The notes under the pieces were generated by a model, which saw nothing but the letters and a program-made list of their open reading frames with translations, was not told where the DNA came from and did not search any database. A DNA stretch of 64,000 nt from Lytechinus pictus (taxonomy: Eukaryota): assembly GCF_037042905.1 (NCBI RefSeq), contig NC_087252.1:19408001-19472000 (forward strand), read 5' to 3'. Shown piece after piece: positions 26,901 to 41,900 of this stretch; positions within the stretch are counted from its first letter, which is position 1; each line of letters starts with the position of its first letter. Position numbers and translations under genes: made by a program.

Positions 26901-29900
26901 TGTCCTAAAGAAATTTACTATTATGTGTAGGAGCTCATGTAAGGGTATTTCAGTAAGAATGATTCATTTCTTTTAATTTCTCCATTTTCAGTGGTCAATA
27001 AAGTAAGGTCTGAGATGGTAAGATGGTTGATATATTTTGTCATTTACCGCTCACCTTGGAATGAAACCATTCAAGTTTTGGGCTATGACCTATTTCGGGA
27101 GTTCTCATAGTTATTTTTTAAGTCCAGCCATATTTTTCTAGTGAAAGAACTTCAAAGTATTATTTTTAACTAAATAGTGATTTCTCAGTATTTTTCAGAA
27201 AATCTGTTAACTTATTACCTTCCTTTATAATTATCATTGGACTTTTCGTCCTGACAAAAGCCTTTGACTTGGTCAGCACGAGTGCACTTTTTAGCCTCCT
27301 GTAGAAGACAGGCTCCCCAAGACTGATCCATGGTCATATCATTCCATGTCAACAGTTTGCTACAATGCTGGAACATCTTGTAGCTTCCCTCAGTTCCTGT
27401 GAGCAGTGGCGTGAAGCAATTAGGCTGCGCCTGGCCCTGACACTCAGGATCTTCTTCTCCATGCTTCCCCAGTATGCACTTGGCGAATGCACAGAATGCA
27501 TCTACATATCCGTACCAGAGCAGATGGGAAACTCTTCAACATCGACCGGCTACGTGCCAAAACAATGGTCAGGATGGTTCTCATTCGTGAGATGTCGCCC
27601 CTGCCTTTCATAAAGAAGGATGGAAGGAGTTTGGATGACCCATCAGCCTGTAAGACAGAAATCCTGATCGACTCAAGACACTGACTGTCCTCCAGATATC
27701 TCTATCAACACCACACACTCGTTTGGTTGTGGTGGACTCCTTACCAACCTTGCATTGACTATCTGTCTCTAGTTCCCTTTCACTGGACAATGAGATAAGC
27801 ACCAGGATAGGAAACTCTGTCACAACCATGGCCAAGCCCCTGAACGAAAATAAGTCCTGGAAAACGTACGCCGATCAAGAAAAGCGACTAAACACCTTCC
27901 ATGCCAGCTGCCTCGGACGTAACCTACACATTAAATGGCAGGACAGAGTGAAAAATACAAGCCCGGAATATAAGGCCCTTCAGCGTACGAACATGCTGGC
28001 ATCCCCATGCAGCTTATGACTCATGTTCGCCGGGGATTCGCCAATGTAAGATGAGCTGTGTGACTGGTCCCCTGATAGATCACCTCCGTTATAAACACAC
28101 CTGCAAACGTGACATAAAACTTGCCGGCATAAACACTAACACTTGTGAAGATGTAGATGATAGTCGCCATCTATGGAGAGCTACTAAGTACACGGGTCAA
28201 GACGTCAGAAAATAATCGGAATTCTACATTGGCAGGCCAAAGAACAAATAGGAAGGCTAGGGCAGCATCTCTATCTGAACCTGTCTCAGCGCCATGCTCC
28301 CTCATCTGTACAAAATTTGCTTTAGAGACTGCCACTCTAGAGCGGAGCTCTACAACCACTCTCGAAAATGTAATACCTAGCGCGCTACACCATCGTCTTT
28401 TGAGACGAACTGATGCCTACCTATCATTGGACACTTTGATTTAGGGAAAATATGGAGAAAACACTTTCAAATTCAAATAAGACTTTAAAGCCTCTTCAGT
28501 ACAAAAGTATGGATGGACATTAAAAAAATACATATACAAAATTGATCATAGCCGAAACATAAAGAAGATTCTCTTTTAGGTGAGTAGTAAATGTCGAACG
28601 TCTGACAACATCTCAGATCTGCTTCCCCTTGAACTAAAAATTGAGAATTAATAATAAAAAAATAGTATTCTTCCTGAAATCCCCTTACATAAGTTCTTAC
28701 ACTACAAGCCTCGGAAAGTAATTTTTCAAGATGGCGCTTGGCGGCCATCTTGGATTTGATCTGAAGAATATTCTTTGAAAAATTACATCAGAAATTGAAT
28801 CAACATACCAAATGACTCACGAATATAGTTATCATTCATGATTCTGAAGCAAAGGGTTCAAAAGTTAATATTTCAAGATGGCGTCATCTGGCGGCCATCT
28901 TGGATTTGACCTAAAGATAACCTTATATTGCAAAATAGATAACAGAAAGAGATTTCACACACCCCTAAAGCCCTAAACAAAGGTATTACTCATCATTCTG
29001 GGGCAAGGGGTTCAAATTCAATTGTTCAAGATGGCATCTGGCGGCCATCTTGGATTTGACCTCAAGATGACCTTATATTGCAAAAATGATTATAGAAATG
29101 GATTCTACACACCCCTAAACCCATAAAAGGAGACATTCTTCATCATTTTAGGGCAAGGGGATCAAAAGTTAGGTTTTTAAGATGGCATGTGGCGGCCATT
29201 TTGGATTTATGCAAATTAGCAAAATTGCCCAACCGGCAACTTTGGGCAACCAAGCTGAATTTGTTCTAGGACCCCATAGGAACACGAATCAAGAAAAAAA
29301 CTTTATCCGAAAGAACATTTCTAGGTTCGGAAAATGTCAAATCGACTATCCCTCCCCGTTCTCTGAGAGGAGATATAAAATAGATAACTTGTCTATGGTC
29401 TCTCATATAACAGGTAAGTATCCCCCTGCCATTTCCCCCCTCTCTCTCCCCTTCCTCCCTCTCTCCCTCCATCTCCCACCCTCTCTCTCTCTCTGAAAGT
29501 AGATGAAACAGATGACTTGTGTATGGTCTCTCATATAACGGGTATCAGGGATGTCAGTTTTCCGGCAGTTGCCGGAATTCCTGCTTACCAATTTTTTTTT
29601 ACCATGAACTCTGGCTTTGTCAATGATTGTCCATTTTTTCCTTTGATCTTCAAGTCTCCCACATCTTTTTAGACCTAATTTTCGACACACAAATACGCGT
29701 TCCAAAATTACACATCATTTTGTATGTGCATGTCAGACCAAAAATTGCTTAAATAATGTGATTTAGTGTACAAAAAGTCAATGCAAATTCAGTTTTCGAC
29801 CAAAAATCATAAATGTATGATTATTTTTACTTTTTCCTGGTTTAAATAGATTTATTTTATTCTGTTTATGATCGCAAGAGTCCCCGACAAAGTTCTTCGA

Positions 29901-32900
29901 AAAAACAATGAAAAACAAAAGATAAAAAAATAAAAACAAAGAAATACATATTAAAAGAAATTACAAAACAATATAAAATGAAAAAATTGATCTGATATCG
30001 TAATCTTTTCTTATACATTTGCTAAGAACATGACAAAGAGTTTATACACTATAAAATAGGATATTTGGAGCTTTGTATACTAAGAGCAAAAAGTATGATT
30101 TTGCATACTAATTATACATAAATTAGCATAATTCATGAAATAAATAACTATACACTTTTGAAGGCTACATGTATGTCCCAGGCAACGTGCGTGCTGATTT
30201 GGCTCGTTTGCGTGGTCGACGGCTAAGATCTCAAGTGGGGGGGGGGGGCATATGATCTCCCAAAGCACCCCGGCCTACATGTAGGTTGGGTAAAAAAAAA
30301 AGTTCTTTTTTCTTTTGGCAGATGAAATAATGGTTCCATTTGATGAGTATGAGATATTGAGAAACCCGGATTCCTATCCTGCAAGGGATTATGATACGCC
30401 TAATGACTATCAGCTGTACAAGATATCAAGCCCACCAGACTCACATCTACTGATTGAAGTCATTAGAGTTGTATTCGATGGCACTCTATCTACTGTATCT
30501 GTTGGTAGTGGACTAGACCCCGTTGAGGTAAGCAGTTCTGTTTACTCAGAATGCATGATATTCTCCCTATTAAATTAGGAATTCCAATTTTTAAATAATT
30601 TTTTAGATGTTTCTTTTATGTAGATGTATTTATTTATTTTTTTATATTTTTGATTGATTTAAAAATTTTTTTTTTTTACGTGAAATCCTTTGCCCAAGAT
30701 CATTATCATGCTTTTTAAAGTCAAATGATAAAACTATCATGCAGGCTCACCTTGAAAAATCACTTAGGATTTTTTAACTATACAAGAACTTGTAACCCAG
30801 TACTGGGTGGCTCGGACTTCGGCGGTGACTGAGCGACCCTTGGCTATTTTTCAGATTTTTTTTTCAGAGGGGAATATCATGCCTGTTACTGTACAGTTGT
30901 TTTGACAAGACACAATAATCTAGTAGCTTAGAGAACTTGTTAAAATTTATAACAGTTGATGGTACAGTAAGTCAATTAGTAAATTTGCACATGAGCAGAA
31001 GAACATCATTGGCCTTGAACTGAAAATATGTTTGTTATCCCATTTAAAGAATAACAGCAAAATTTTCAATGCAATGTCCATGTTTTTGTACCATTGGGTA
31101 CGTTAAGACCACCTTGTGAATTTGAGCAATTACGTTTATTCTACTACCCAAATTTGAAATAATGTAACAATTGATGAGAATTAAATAATGGAACATACAA
31201 GAGTCCATCGTTTTGAATCGGCATATGAATTTTATAATGGCTGTTTCATTCCTCCTTATGTATGGAAGTGAATACATTTCCGAATCAAGATGACATTAGT
31301 ATAGCAATTGTGCAACGAGCTATGATATTTACAAAATTTGTGTGTTGCTTCTAACTAAAGGATTGTAATGATTTTAGATTATGATATTACTGTTGTATAA
31401 TTCTGATAAGATTATTCTCTAAGTTAATGAAAATAATGATCTGTTTGAATATTTAAATCATGCCAATTTTTAGTGAATTTTTGTTGAATTTCTACCCTTG
31501 TATCCGGCTTCCAGTTTTCTTATTATATATTGCTTTGGGTGATTATCTTATGAAATCAATTGTATTCATTTTCCTTACACTATATAATTTGTGTGTCTGA
31601 TTTTTTGGGGAAACAAGCATTATGTATAAATTGGAAGAATATTGTAAAGTACTCAAATTAGTTAAACAGAGATTTATAAAGGGGTTGTAAGTAGATATCA
31701 TTTGTGGGATTATTGGTACTGGTATAGGTATGTCTGTCAATCCTGTCTTCCGCTAGAACAATCATTATGAACTTTCAATAAATATCAATATGTATTCATT
31801 AAAAATAGAACATGACGAAAGAGCTCCGTTTGATAACACTATACCCCTCTTCTCCAAGTACGAAAACCCTACTGCCCCAGGCATGCAATGTAAGTATCAA
31901 AACACCTGTTTCTTGACCTCGGTCCGAAGATAACACAACAGCCCGAGTGCGGTCCGGGAAAACATGTCGCCATTTTTTATTCACTTACTTTCCTTATTTC
32001 GAGGTTGATTTTCTTTGTTCGAAATTGAAAATGGGCTAGCATTGAATTTCTGAATACAGTATGCCTTTGAAAACGTGATTAAATATCGAATACAATAATT
32101 TAATTCCGAAGGTCCTTCTACAGGCAGAGAAGACTTACGTAATAGCACATCTGTTGTTATCATTTCGTCCTTGGCTCAACGCTCATAATCTGGCCTTTGG
32201 GGATTACCTGGCCAAGCGGGGTTGATCAGGCAGGTGTTTCATAAAGCTGTTCGTAAGTTAAGAGCGACTGGTGATCATGTCTTGCGGTAAATGGTACAAT
32301 TGGCGATGATCACCAGTCGTTGTTAAAGTCGCTCTTAACTTACGAACAGCTTTATGAAACGACCCCCAGGGCTTGGAAATGATGTTTTAGATTTTCAAAC
32401 GCAAAATGGGGTGAAATACCGCAGTTTGCAATCCGAACTGCGGTCCGTTCCCAAACGGGGGTAAGACGTAATGAGAAGAAGTGTATGATAAGAAAATGTT
32501 TGTAATGCAGTCTCTTCCCAAACAAGTTGTAGACCAGTTATAAGGGCATTGGCCCTATTAAAGGGGGAGTGAACTGTGTGTGGTCTCTCATTGACTCAGA
32601 CCTTCATTTTTGAGGAGCGCGATCGCGCCGGGCTCTCCTACCGCGCTCCCAAAAAAAATGAGAACACAAATTCGCGCTCTTCAAAAAAAAAAAAAAAAAA
32701 TTGCTAAAATTTCACATTTTACATCTTTAAATTCATGAAATGACCATCTATTTTCCATAATTCCTTGAAATTATTTTGATTTAGTTGAAAACTATCAGAA
32801 AAATGAAGAATATTCACCTCTTTCCCGACTCTGATTTGAATTTAAACTCGGTTAATATTGTGGTCCCATATGTAGATTTTCATGGCAACACCATGGAAGT

Positions 32901-35900
32901 TTTTTTTTTTGAGCAGGAGCCCGATATTTTGAAAACATATTGACCCAGGCCTAGTTTCACCACAGATTAATTAATAGCTACACAGCTATTGCATATACGA
33001 TGTTAAGAAAAATCTACAATTTATCATACATGTATTGTATTGAATTGATTTGAGCTCCTCAAGGAGAGCGATTCTGAGGAGCTCAATTGAGCTGCTCAAA
33101 AAAATAAGGAGAGCGATTTATCGAGCTCCATGAAATTATAAACGTGAAGGACTGTTGACTGTGTGGTACGTTTTCAGATATCTACTAATACTACAGAGTA
33201 TCAATTGACCTATAATTGTATTTGTGTAGAGAAAACATAATTATTGCGGTATAAATGTATTGAGTAGGCAATTAGCATGTTATCATTCAAGTGGGTCCAT
33301 ATCACTAGACTACACTAGCATTATGGGTCAGGAAACTGGCCAGGTATGAGTAGTTGAAGACGCGAGATGGGGCTATTGGTTCGTATCTGCTTTAAGAATT
33401 CAATAACTGGTGGGTGTTTCATAAAGCTGTTCATAAGTTAAGAGCAACTTTAAGAACGACTGGTGATCCTTTCTTGTGGTAAATGGTATCATTACGTCAA
33501 ACCCCCGTTTGGAGAAAGACCGCAGTTCAGATTGCAAACTGCGGTGTTATACCCCATTTTCCATTTGGATCTCCCCAAAATCATTTCCAAGCCCTTATCA
33601 ACCGCGCTTGGCCAGGTAATCCAGGGGTAATCCCCGCTGTCTCAATTTCACCTCCACAGGCCAGTTTATGAGCATTGAGCAAAGGACGAAAAGATAAACA
33701 ACAGCTGTGCTATTACGTAAGACTTCTCTGCCTGTAGTAGGACCTTTGGAATGAAATTATTGTATTCGATATTTAATCACGTTTTCAAAGGCGTATTGTA
33801 TTCAGTAATCCAATGTAAGTCCATTTTCAATTTCGAATGAAGAAAATCGACCTCGAAATAAGGAAAGTAAGCGAATAAAAATGACGGCATGCTTTGCAGG
33901 GACCGCACTCAGCGCTGCGCATGCATCCCATCGTGTGTGGCCCCCTGCTGTGACTGTATATGCCGGGCTGTTGTGTTATCTTTGGACCGACGTCAAGAAG
34001 CAGGTGTTTTGATACTTAAATTGCTCTTATGGGCAGTTAGGGTTTGTCGTACTTGGAGAAGAGAATTGATGAGAAGGGAAACTGGGGTATAGTGTTCTCA
34101 AATGGAAGTTTTTCGTCATGATATTCATTGGCGATGGTTTAGCACGTAAGAAAGGTTCATTAGTCATTCTTAAAGTTGCTCTTAACTTTTAATACGAACA
34201 GCTTTATGAAACGGCCCCCAGGCCTTATAAATATGTACAACTATGATAACTTTCCCATCATGGTATATGTACCTACCATGGTAATAGGGCAGAGCAGCCA
34301 ATTACAATTAAGGTTTCCAGGAAGTCACAATAGTTTTAATTCTAGGAAAAGGGCTCCTGATCTGAGAATTATAGGCCCAAATTCATAAAGGGTGGTTTTT
34401 AAAACCATCGTTTGAACCCATGGCTTATGCAGATTTCCTGTATAAATTACGCTTATATTAAAAAATGTCCAATGCTGATGAGCGCTTTTGTCACAGTGTG
34501 CGAAATTGACGCCTTTTAAATACACTATTTCATTCATGAGTCCACTGTTTGGAGAGTGGACTCATTAATTCAAAACAGTGGACTCATGAATAAAATAGCA
34601 TAATTAACCATGGCAACAGGCGTCAATTTGGCATAATAAGCATAATTTATACAGGAAATCTGCATAAACCATGGGTTCAACCGATGGTTTTAAAAACCAC
34701 CTTTGTGAATTTGGGCCATGTACATGTAGTCTAGCTTATACCCCTAATGCTCAAATTTTATAGGTATTATCTTTCCATTGAAACATTTGATATTTCATTA
34801 CTTTCCTTCTGTAATGAAATTCACGTAACTTTCAATTTTTCTCAGGCTTTCTACTACGACAACATTCTATTGACCTACACAAATGGATCGGGATACGTGG
34901 GGAATACTAAGCCAGTGTATCAAACATCGCCTGGGAACGAGGCCTATGTCTTGCTGGAGAGGGCTGTGGGAGAGGAGATTGAGATGTTGGTCCGTGTCAG
35001 TGCATTTAGTAGGTCAACGCTACTATGAACTATGTCACCTCTTGTGAGCCATTCAGTCTCATGAAGAGTCAGTGTTTCCACAGATCCAAAACAAATTACC
35101 CGAAACTGAATCGCAAATTTCCTGAAATCCATAGACATTTCTTTGAATGTTAAAATTTTATTTTTGAACAAAATTCGGACAATACCAAAGCGAGCCTAAA
35201 CTTGGTCCTAGTGACCTAAATCAAGGAATTTAAACTTTTTAGTTGAATGCACTTTTTAAAAATAGCAACAAAATTCGCACAAGCAGAACATTTTTAGCTA
35301 CTATGAGGCAAACAGCAAACAATGTGCTAACAGAGGTCCTGTTACAACCGGTAATGTGGCAGCGATGCTTAATGTTACAACAATGCATTACGTATACATT
35401 GAAATAAATGTTTTGTCTTCACAATCCGAAAGATGTGAATGGGCTTTCTGTTGGCACTCTGTTAGCCTAACAACGTTTTTGTGCGGCTGGCACTGATCTT
35501 TACATTTGTCGTGTGAATTATACACTACCATGACAAATGTTGTGCTCAGAAGGAGGCAAGATGCAATTGTGAAAGATATCTAGTAAAATCTACACATTTG
35601 TTGACAAAGTTTTACACAAAAATGTCATTTTGAAGAATGTTTGCCAATTTGAGGATCTCCATTGAAGGTACATCGAGACTTGAAACTTCCATAACTCTCT
35701 TATTTTATAAAGGAATTTGATATAACTTCTTTTATACTGATCTCCTCATCTTACTCTATGTTCTAAGATTAATTATCCCCTTTTGTGGAGCGTTGTGGCC
35801 CAGTGATTAGTCTTCGGACTTTGAAACAGAGGGTCTTGGGTTCGAATCCCCGCCATGGCGTAATTTCCTTCAGCAAGAAACTGATCCACAGTGTGCTGCA

Positions 35901-38900
35901 CTTAACCCAGGTGAGGTAAATGGGTACCGGTAGGAAGTAATTCCTTAAAAAGCTGTGTGCGCTATGAACGCCTAGCTTAGCCGGGTAATATAGGAGCGCC
36001 TTGAGCACCTAACAAGGTGGATATGTGCGCAATATAAATACCCTATATTTTTGTTTTCTTTAAAGGACAAGTCCACCCCAACAAAAACTTGATTTGAATA
36101 AAAAGAGAAAATTCAACAAGCATAACACTGAAAAATTCATCAAAATCGGATGTAAAATAAGAAAGTTATGAAATTTTAAAGTTTCGCTTCATTTCACAAA
36201 ACAGTTATATGCACTTCTCGGTCGGTATGCAAATGAGGGAACTGATGACATCACTCACTCACTATTTCTTTTGTATTTTATTAAATGAAATATGAAATAT
36301 TTTGATTTTCTCGTCATTGTCATGTGAAATGGAGTTTCATTCCTCCCTGAACACGTGGAATTCCACTATTCTAATATTTTGTGCTTCAGCCAAGGAGGTC
36401 CTAATCGTCAAATTCGTAAAAATTGAAATATTGTATTATTCAAACAATAAAAAACAAAAGAAATAGTGAGTGAGCGACATCATCGACTCTCATTTGGATG
36501 TAACTGGCTCGTTCATATAACTATTTTGTTGAAAATAAGCAAAACTTTGAAATGTCATAACTTTCTTATTTTACATCTGATTTTAATGAAATGTTCAGCA
36601 TTGTGCTCGTCTGATTTTTCTCTATTAATTCAAATCAACATTTTTCTGAGGTGGACTTGACCTTTAAGTTTCCTTTAAACTTCTGGGTGTTCTACATGTA
36701 TTGCACATGAAGGACGCCATTCTTACTTTACTAAAATCTTGATCGTCCACCTGCAAATATAAACCATGTTCGATTTCATATTCCCCTGTTTCATCCTGTT
36801 TTCTTACCAGACTGTACAAGTTATAATGCAACCCCATGCTCAAGGTCTAACCATTGTTATCTGGAAGATGAGATCTGTGATGGGACAGTGCATTGCGAAC
36901 TCAGTGGAGAGGATGAACAAGAATGCGGTAAGTATTTGACATCTAGACTTTATTTCCAGTGTGAACAAGTAATAATACAATTCCATGTTCTCACTCTATT
37001 AGATCTGTGATGGGATAGAGCAGTGTGAACGCAGTGGAGAGGATCTAGGCCCGCATTCTGAAGTCTTGTTTAACTTTGATCATGGTCTAACTGTTAAATT
37101 TAAGGGAAAAAGCAAAAATGTCAAAATTATTGATTCAGAATTTATTTATCGTGAGGTTTGCATCTTTTCTTGGCTCTATCATGTTTTAATGATGAAGAGA
37201 ATTGATGTACTTATTCCCTTATATCAATACTTTGAAGAAAGACTCGGGCCTTTGTAGCATTAATGGACTGAGTTCATGCAGCCATGCTGGATAGAGAGGT
37301 CTTGGCCCTGTCTTAAAAAGAGTTACAATTGATACGATCAATCAAAACTATGGACGGCCAGCAAAGTCAACATGTATTATACATGTGTGATCAAGATATT
37401 TTCTATGATGTATTTTCATACATTTATTGTTTTCTTGAAAATTCACTGTGCTTCCCTTTGTTTGCAAAGGATATTGTGCAAATTTCCTGTAGATAATGTT
37501 ATGACACCGATGGATTGGTCTAATCAATCTCAACTATATGGAAATCCATCAACGTCATAAGTTTTTCTTTAGAAAATTTGCACAACGTACTTTGTGAACA
37601 AAGGGAAGCACATTGAATTTTAAAGAAAATGATGAATGTGTGAATATACATCATATACAAAATGGTATGAATTAACATGAATTTTAGACGTTGACGTTCC
37701 AGGCTTTCGATAGTTGTGGTTGATCAGATCAACCACAATTCTTTGTACGACAGGGCCTAGATGAATTGGACTTTGGCAATATGAATATTCGATTCCCGTC
37801 TAATACAATCCATTCCAATAGACCTTGGATATATAGTGCCTTTTCATTTCGGTTACAAAGCGCTTCACACACTCACACACACTTCTCCATGTTTGGGCAA
37901 CTATAACAATAATTCAACATCTCAGAATGGTTAGCTTAGTCCATGCAAATCATTGTCCTTTTTAGCAAAATAGATGGGATTTAATGGCTTCCTTGAACTG
38001 GTCAACAGAGGAGGCCGTCTTCACTGCAGTATAGGTAGAGGATTCCATAGTTTTGCAGCGACCACAGGGAAGGCACTACGGGGGGGGGGGGGAGGTACTT
38101 AGATTTGGTTTGGACAGGGGGGGGGGGGCTGCGGCTGAAGGTTAAAAACCCATACCCATATTTACGGGTCATTGTGGCTAATTATTAAAATTTGTAAAAT
38201 ATGACAAGCAAATGAAAAAAAAAAAGGTTATCACCCAAAATCGGAGGGGAATATGGACCCATGTTTAAGGCCAGTATCTAAAAATTGGGGCCATGTTTAG
38301 GGATTTTCCAGCATAAAACCATACCTCATGTTTAGGGATTTCTTCCATAAAAGCAACCCATTTATTCCAGCGGCACATCCCCAAATACCTTATTTGGTGA
38401 GTAACCCCCCTACCCCCCCCCCACCCCAGGACAATATTCCTCCACTCTGCATGATTGACATCACCTGCTGCAGTTAAGCATCCAATGCAGTCAAATTTTC
38501 GATGAAAACTGACAAGGATGTGCCTCCCCAACAAAAAGTTTTGAATAAAAAAAGAGAAAATGAATACATACACAATGCTGAATTTTTTTTTGAAATCAGA
38601 CCTCCATAGTGTTAGAAATGAAAATTTCAATTATTCATACTTTGACATATTTTCTTTTTGGATACATATTTGTTTTGGGCCATTTTGGGAAAGTGATAAT
38701 AAAGAAATGATAATGACCTAAAGCAAGAAAGTTATGACATTGTAAATTTGCTTGTTTTCCACAAAACAGTTAAATGTGCACAAAACAATGATATATGCAA
38801 ATGAGAGAGTCAATATCACTCACATTTTCTTTTGAATTCTATTGTTGGAACTATACACTATATCAGTTTTTTGCAGCTTTTACTTTAGTCAGACTCTTCA

Positions 38901-41900
38901 TCAAATTCATAAAAGGTCACAAGAAAGGCAATTCCACTTGTTTATGGAGGAAATTGTATTATCATCTATACAGAGTGTTTATCCATACATTTAAAACATG
39001 TATTTTGGTCTGCATCAAATGCCTGTACAGTATCAGAGTGTATCCCCCAAAATGACCGAAATCCAACGGATATCCCATAGGCTCCTGTACAAAATTTTCC
39101 TTTGAGTATTCATGAGAACTTATTCAACAGTGTAGTGCGCATGCACAAATGTGTGAAATATACAACGTGTACAACAATGAAAGCAATGCGATGCGCAGCA
39201 TAGATTACAATTACGCTTAATGACGTCATAATGAACTACATGTACATGTAAGTCGCATGTCAATGACCAAAATTGATCCTAAAGTGATGATGCCATAAAT
39301 GTGATAAGTGATATGACTTGTTAAATCAACATAATCTCTTTTTCTATTTTTTGGGGGAGGTTGTATAGATGATAATAATGATATTGGATGGCTTTATTTC
39401 ATAAAATACCAGAAATATTCCACTCGTTAGGGCCAATTTTCCATTCATCTGCGATTCATGGAATATTTTGCAGAACTCTTGGAATACTTCTGGTATTCCA
39501 TTCTGAGCCATCAAATATAATATCAATATTTTACATTTTATATAAGGAAATGAAAGAAATAATGAATGATGTCATTGTTTCTCTCATTTGCAATCCACAA
39601 CCAAAATGTCCAATTTGCTGTTTTGTGAGTAAAGTAACATTTTGAAATATGACTTATTTTACATCTGATTTTTATGGAATATTCAGTATTATGCTTGTAT
39701 ATTATCTGTTCCTTTTACTGAAACAAAGGCATTATTCCCAATATGAATGTCACTGATTTTGATGGTGGATTTTGAAATGAAACAAATGTGACTTATTTTG
39801 ATGGTAAGTTTGAATTGTAAATGAAAGTCACTAATTTTATAGTAGTAAATTTTGAAATATAATCAATTTCCCTAATTCCCAATTGTTATGGAAAAAATGC
39901 AATTGAATAGTAAAATAAGTTGATAACAGAAGTGGGCTATAAATAGGTGATTTTTGGTTTTACTGTGCCAACAATTTTTTGTATTCCTTTTACCTTATCT
40001 CAACATGAAATGATAATATTTTTTGTCTCGGGTCCGAGAAAAAAGTGTGCCGGGCCAAAATCCAAAATGGCCTGCCAAAACCCCCCAAAATCACAGTTTT
40101 GGCCACAACTTCTCTATTTGATGGTCTTTTTCTCTGGTTTTGGTGTCTATTTATATGTTTTTGTGGCAGGCAATTTGTTTTTCCTAAAATTAATACTTTT
40201 AAACCATTATTTGTAGAGTTTTAAGGCAATTTTACTTAAATTAACTACTTTTTAGACCCTTTTTCAGCAAAAAATTAGGTTTCATTGTCTCATAGTTCTT
40301 GGATATTAGACGATAACAGTTGACCAGCAGTAAGCAGCTTCATATAGCTATATTGCTTTCATTCCTCTAAATTGGGGTCGACGGATATATTTGTGAAATA
40401 TATCTTATCAAATAAAAAGAAAATGTCATTTGTCCATAGGGGCTGTATGGTATACAATGTACTGAACATACTACACTGCATATATCCATGCATTGACCAC
40501 CATGACATACATGTATAACAAGTCCTGTATTAAACGTAAGTGTCATAGAAGTGAGTTCCTGAGGTTTAGAATTAGATTGTGACTTGTGAATTTGATTGCC
40601 TATAGCTGATGTACATATGTAACCCGATGATAAAGATGAATTGCACATACAGTGTAAACATCATGTACATGTATACACATCACATTTTTAGCCGTATCTT
40701 TTTCATTTGGAGGCTTGTTTTTATCTGGTTGTGATGTCTAACCCTATGTTTATGGGTCAGGTAACTACCACGGTAACGCTGATCAACGGCCAATCAGAAT
40801 GAAGGGTTCCATGCAAGCTACAATTGAATGGCAAAGTTACCACAATCAGAATAGCCACAGTGTAAATGCCATAATGTGGGGTTGACTATAATCCATTGTT
40901 AATATTTTCCCCTCTCCGCCCCCTGAATGAGCATATTTGACAAAAAATGTCTTCAATTTCTGACAAAACATACAGTATCTTCAATTTTTAAGGCATCTAA
41001 TTCAAGAGGTAATTTGTATGACACTATAGTTTATATAGATATACCTGTAGACCTTGCCATGTGATGGTGGTCAATGCATGGACATACCTGTATGCAGTGC
41101 AGTATGTACATGTACATTGCATACTGTATGGCCCCTATGGATAAATAACATGTTTTTATTAATAAGATATATTTCACAAATATCCAGAGAACCCAAAGTA
41201 GAAGAATGAGAGCAATATAGCTATATGAAACTACTTGCTATTGTGGAACTTGTATCATCCAATATCCAAGAACCACAAGATGATGAAACCTAATTTTTTG
41301 GCTGAAAAGGTGGTCTAAAAATGTGCAAATTTAGGTAAAAATCACCCTGTAACTCTAAAAATAATGGTTTTTATGTGCTAATTTCAGGTAAAACAATTTG
41401 CCTGCCCCCCAAAACATATAAATAGACACCCAAACTATAGAAAAAGACCCCCAAATAAAGAAGTTGTGGCCAAAAACTGTGATTTTGGGGGGTCCCTTAC
41501 AAAAAATTAATGTAGTACCTGTGATAAGTACTACAGAAACTATCACAGGAAAGTACTACAGGAATTATGTGCACGTAATTTGGGACGGTACCACAGAACT
41601 GTACAACAGGAGTACAACAGGAGTACAACAGGTCCATGTCCTGTGATACTTCCTGTGGTAATAACCGCATAAGTATGGCAGGAAGTATGACAGGACATGA
41701 CCACCACAACCGCTACTACCACACTACAACTAGTACTACAGGACAGTATCACATGACAGTTCTACCACAGGAATATCACAGGACAGTATCACAGGAGAGT
41801 ATCGCAGGACAGTACAACAGGAGAGTATCACAGGACAGTACTACAGGAATACCTCAGGATAGTACTACAGGACAGTATCGCAGGACAGTATCACAGGACA

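Noticed and set aside
35787..35860. Possible tRNA gene (also at 52257)
   Set aside because: Cloverleaf stems are imperfect and the sequence continues into a SINE body and tail.
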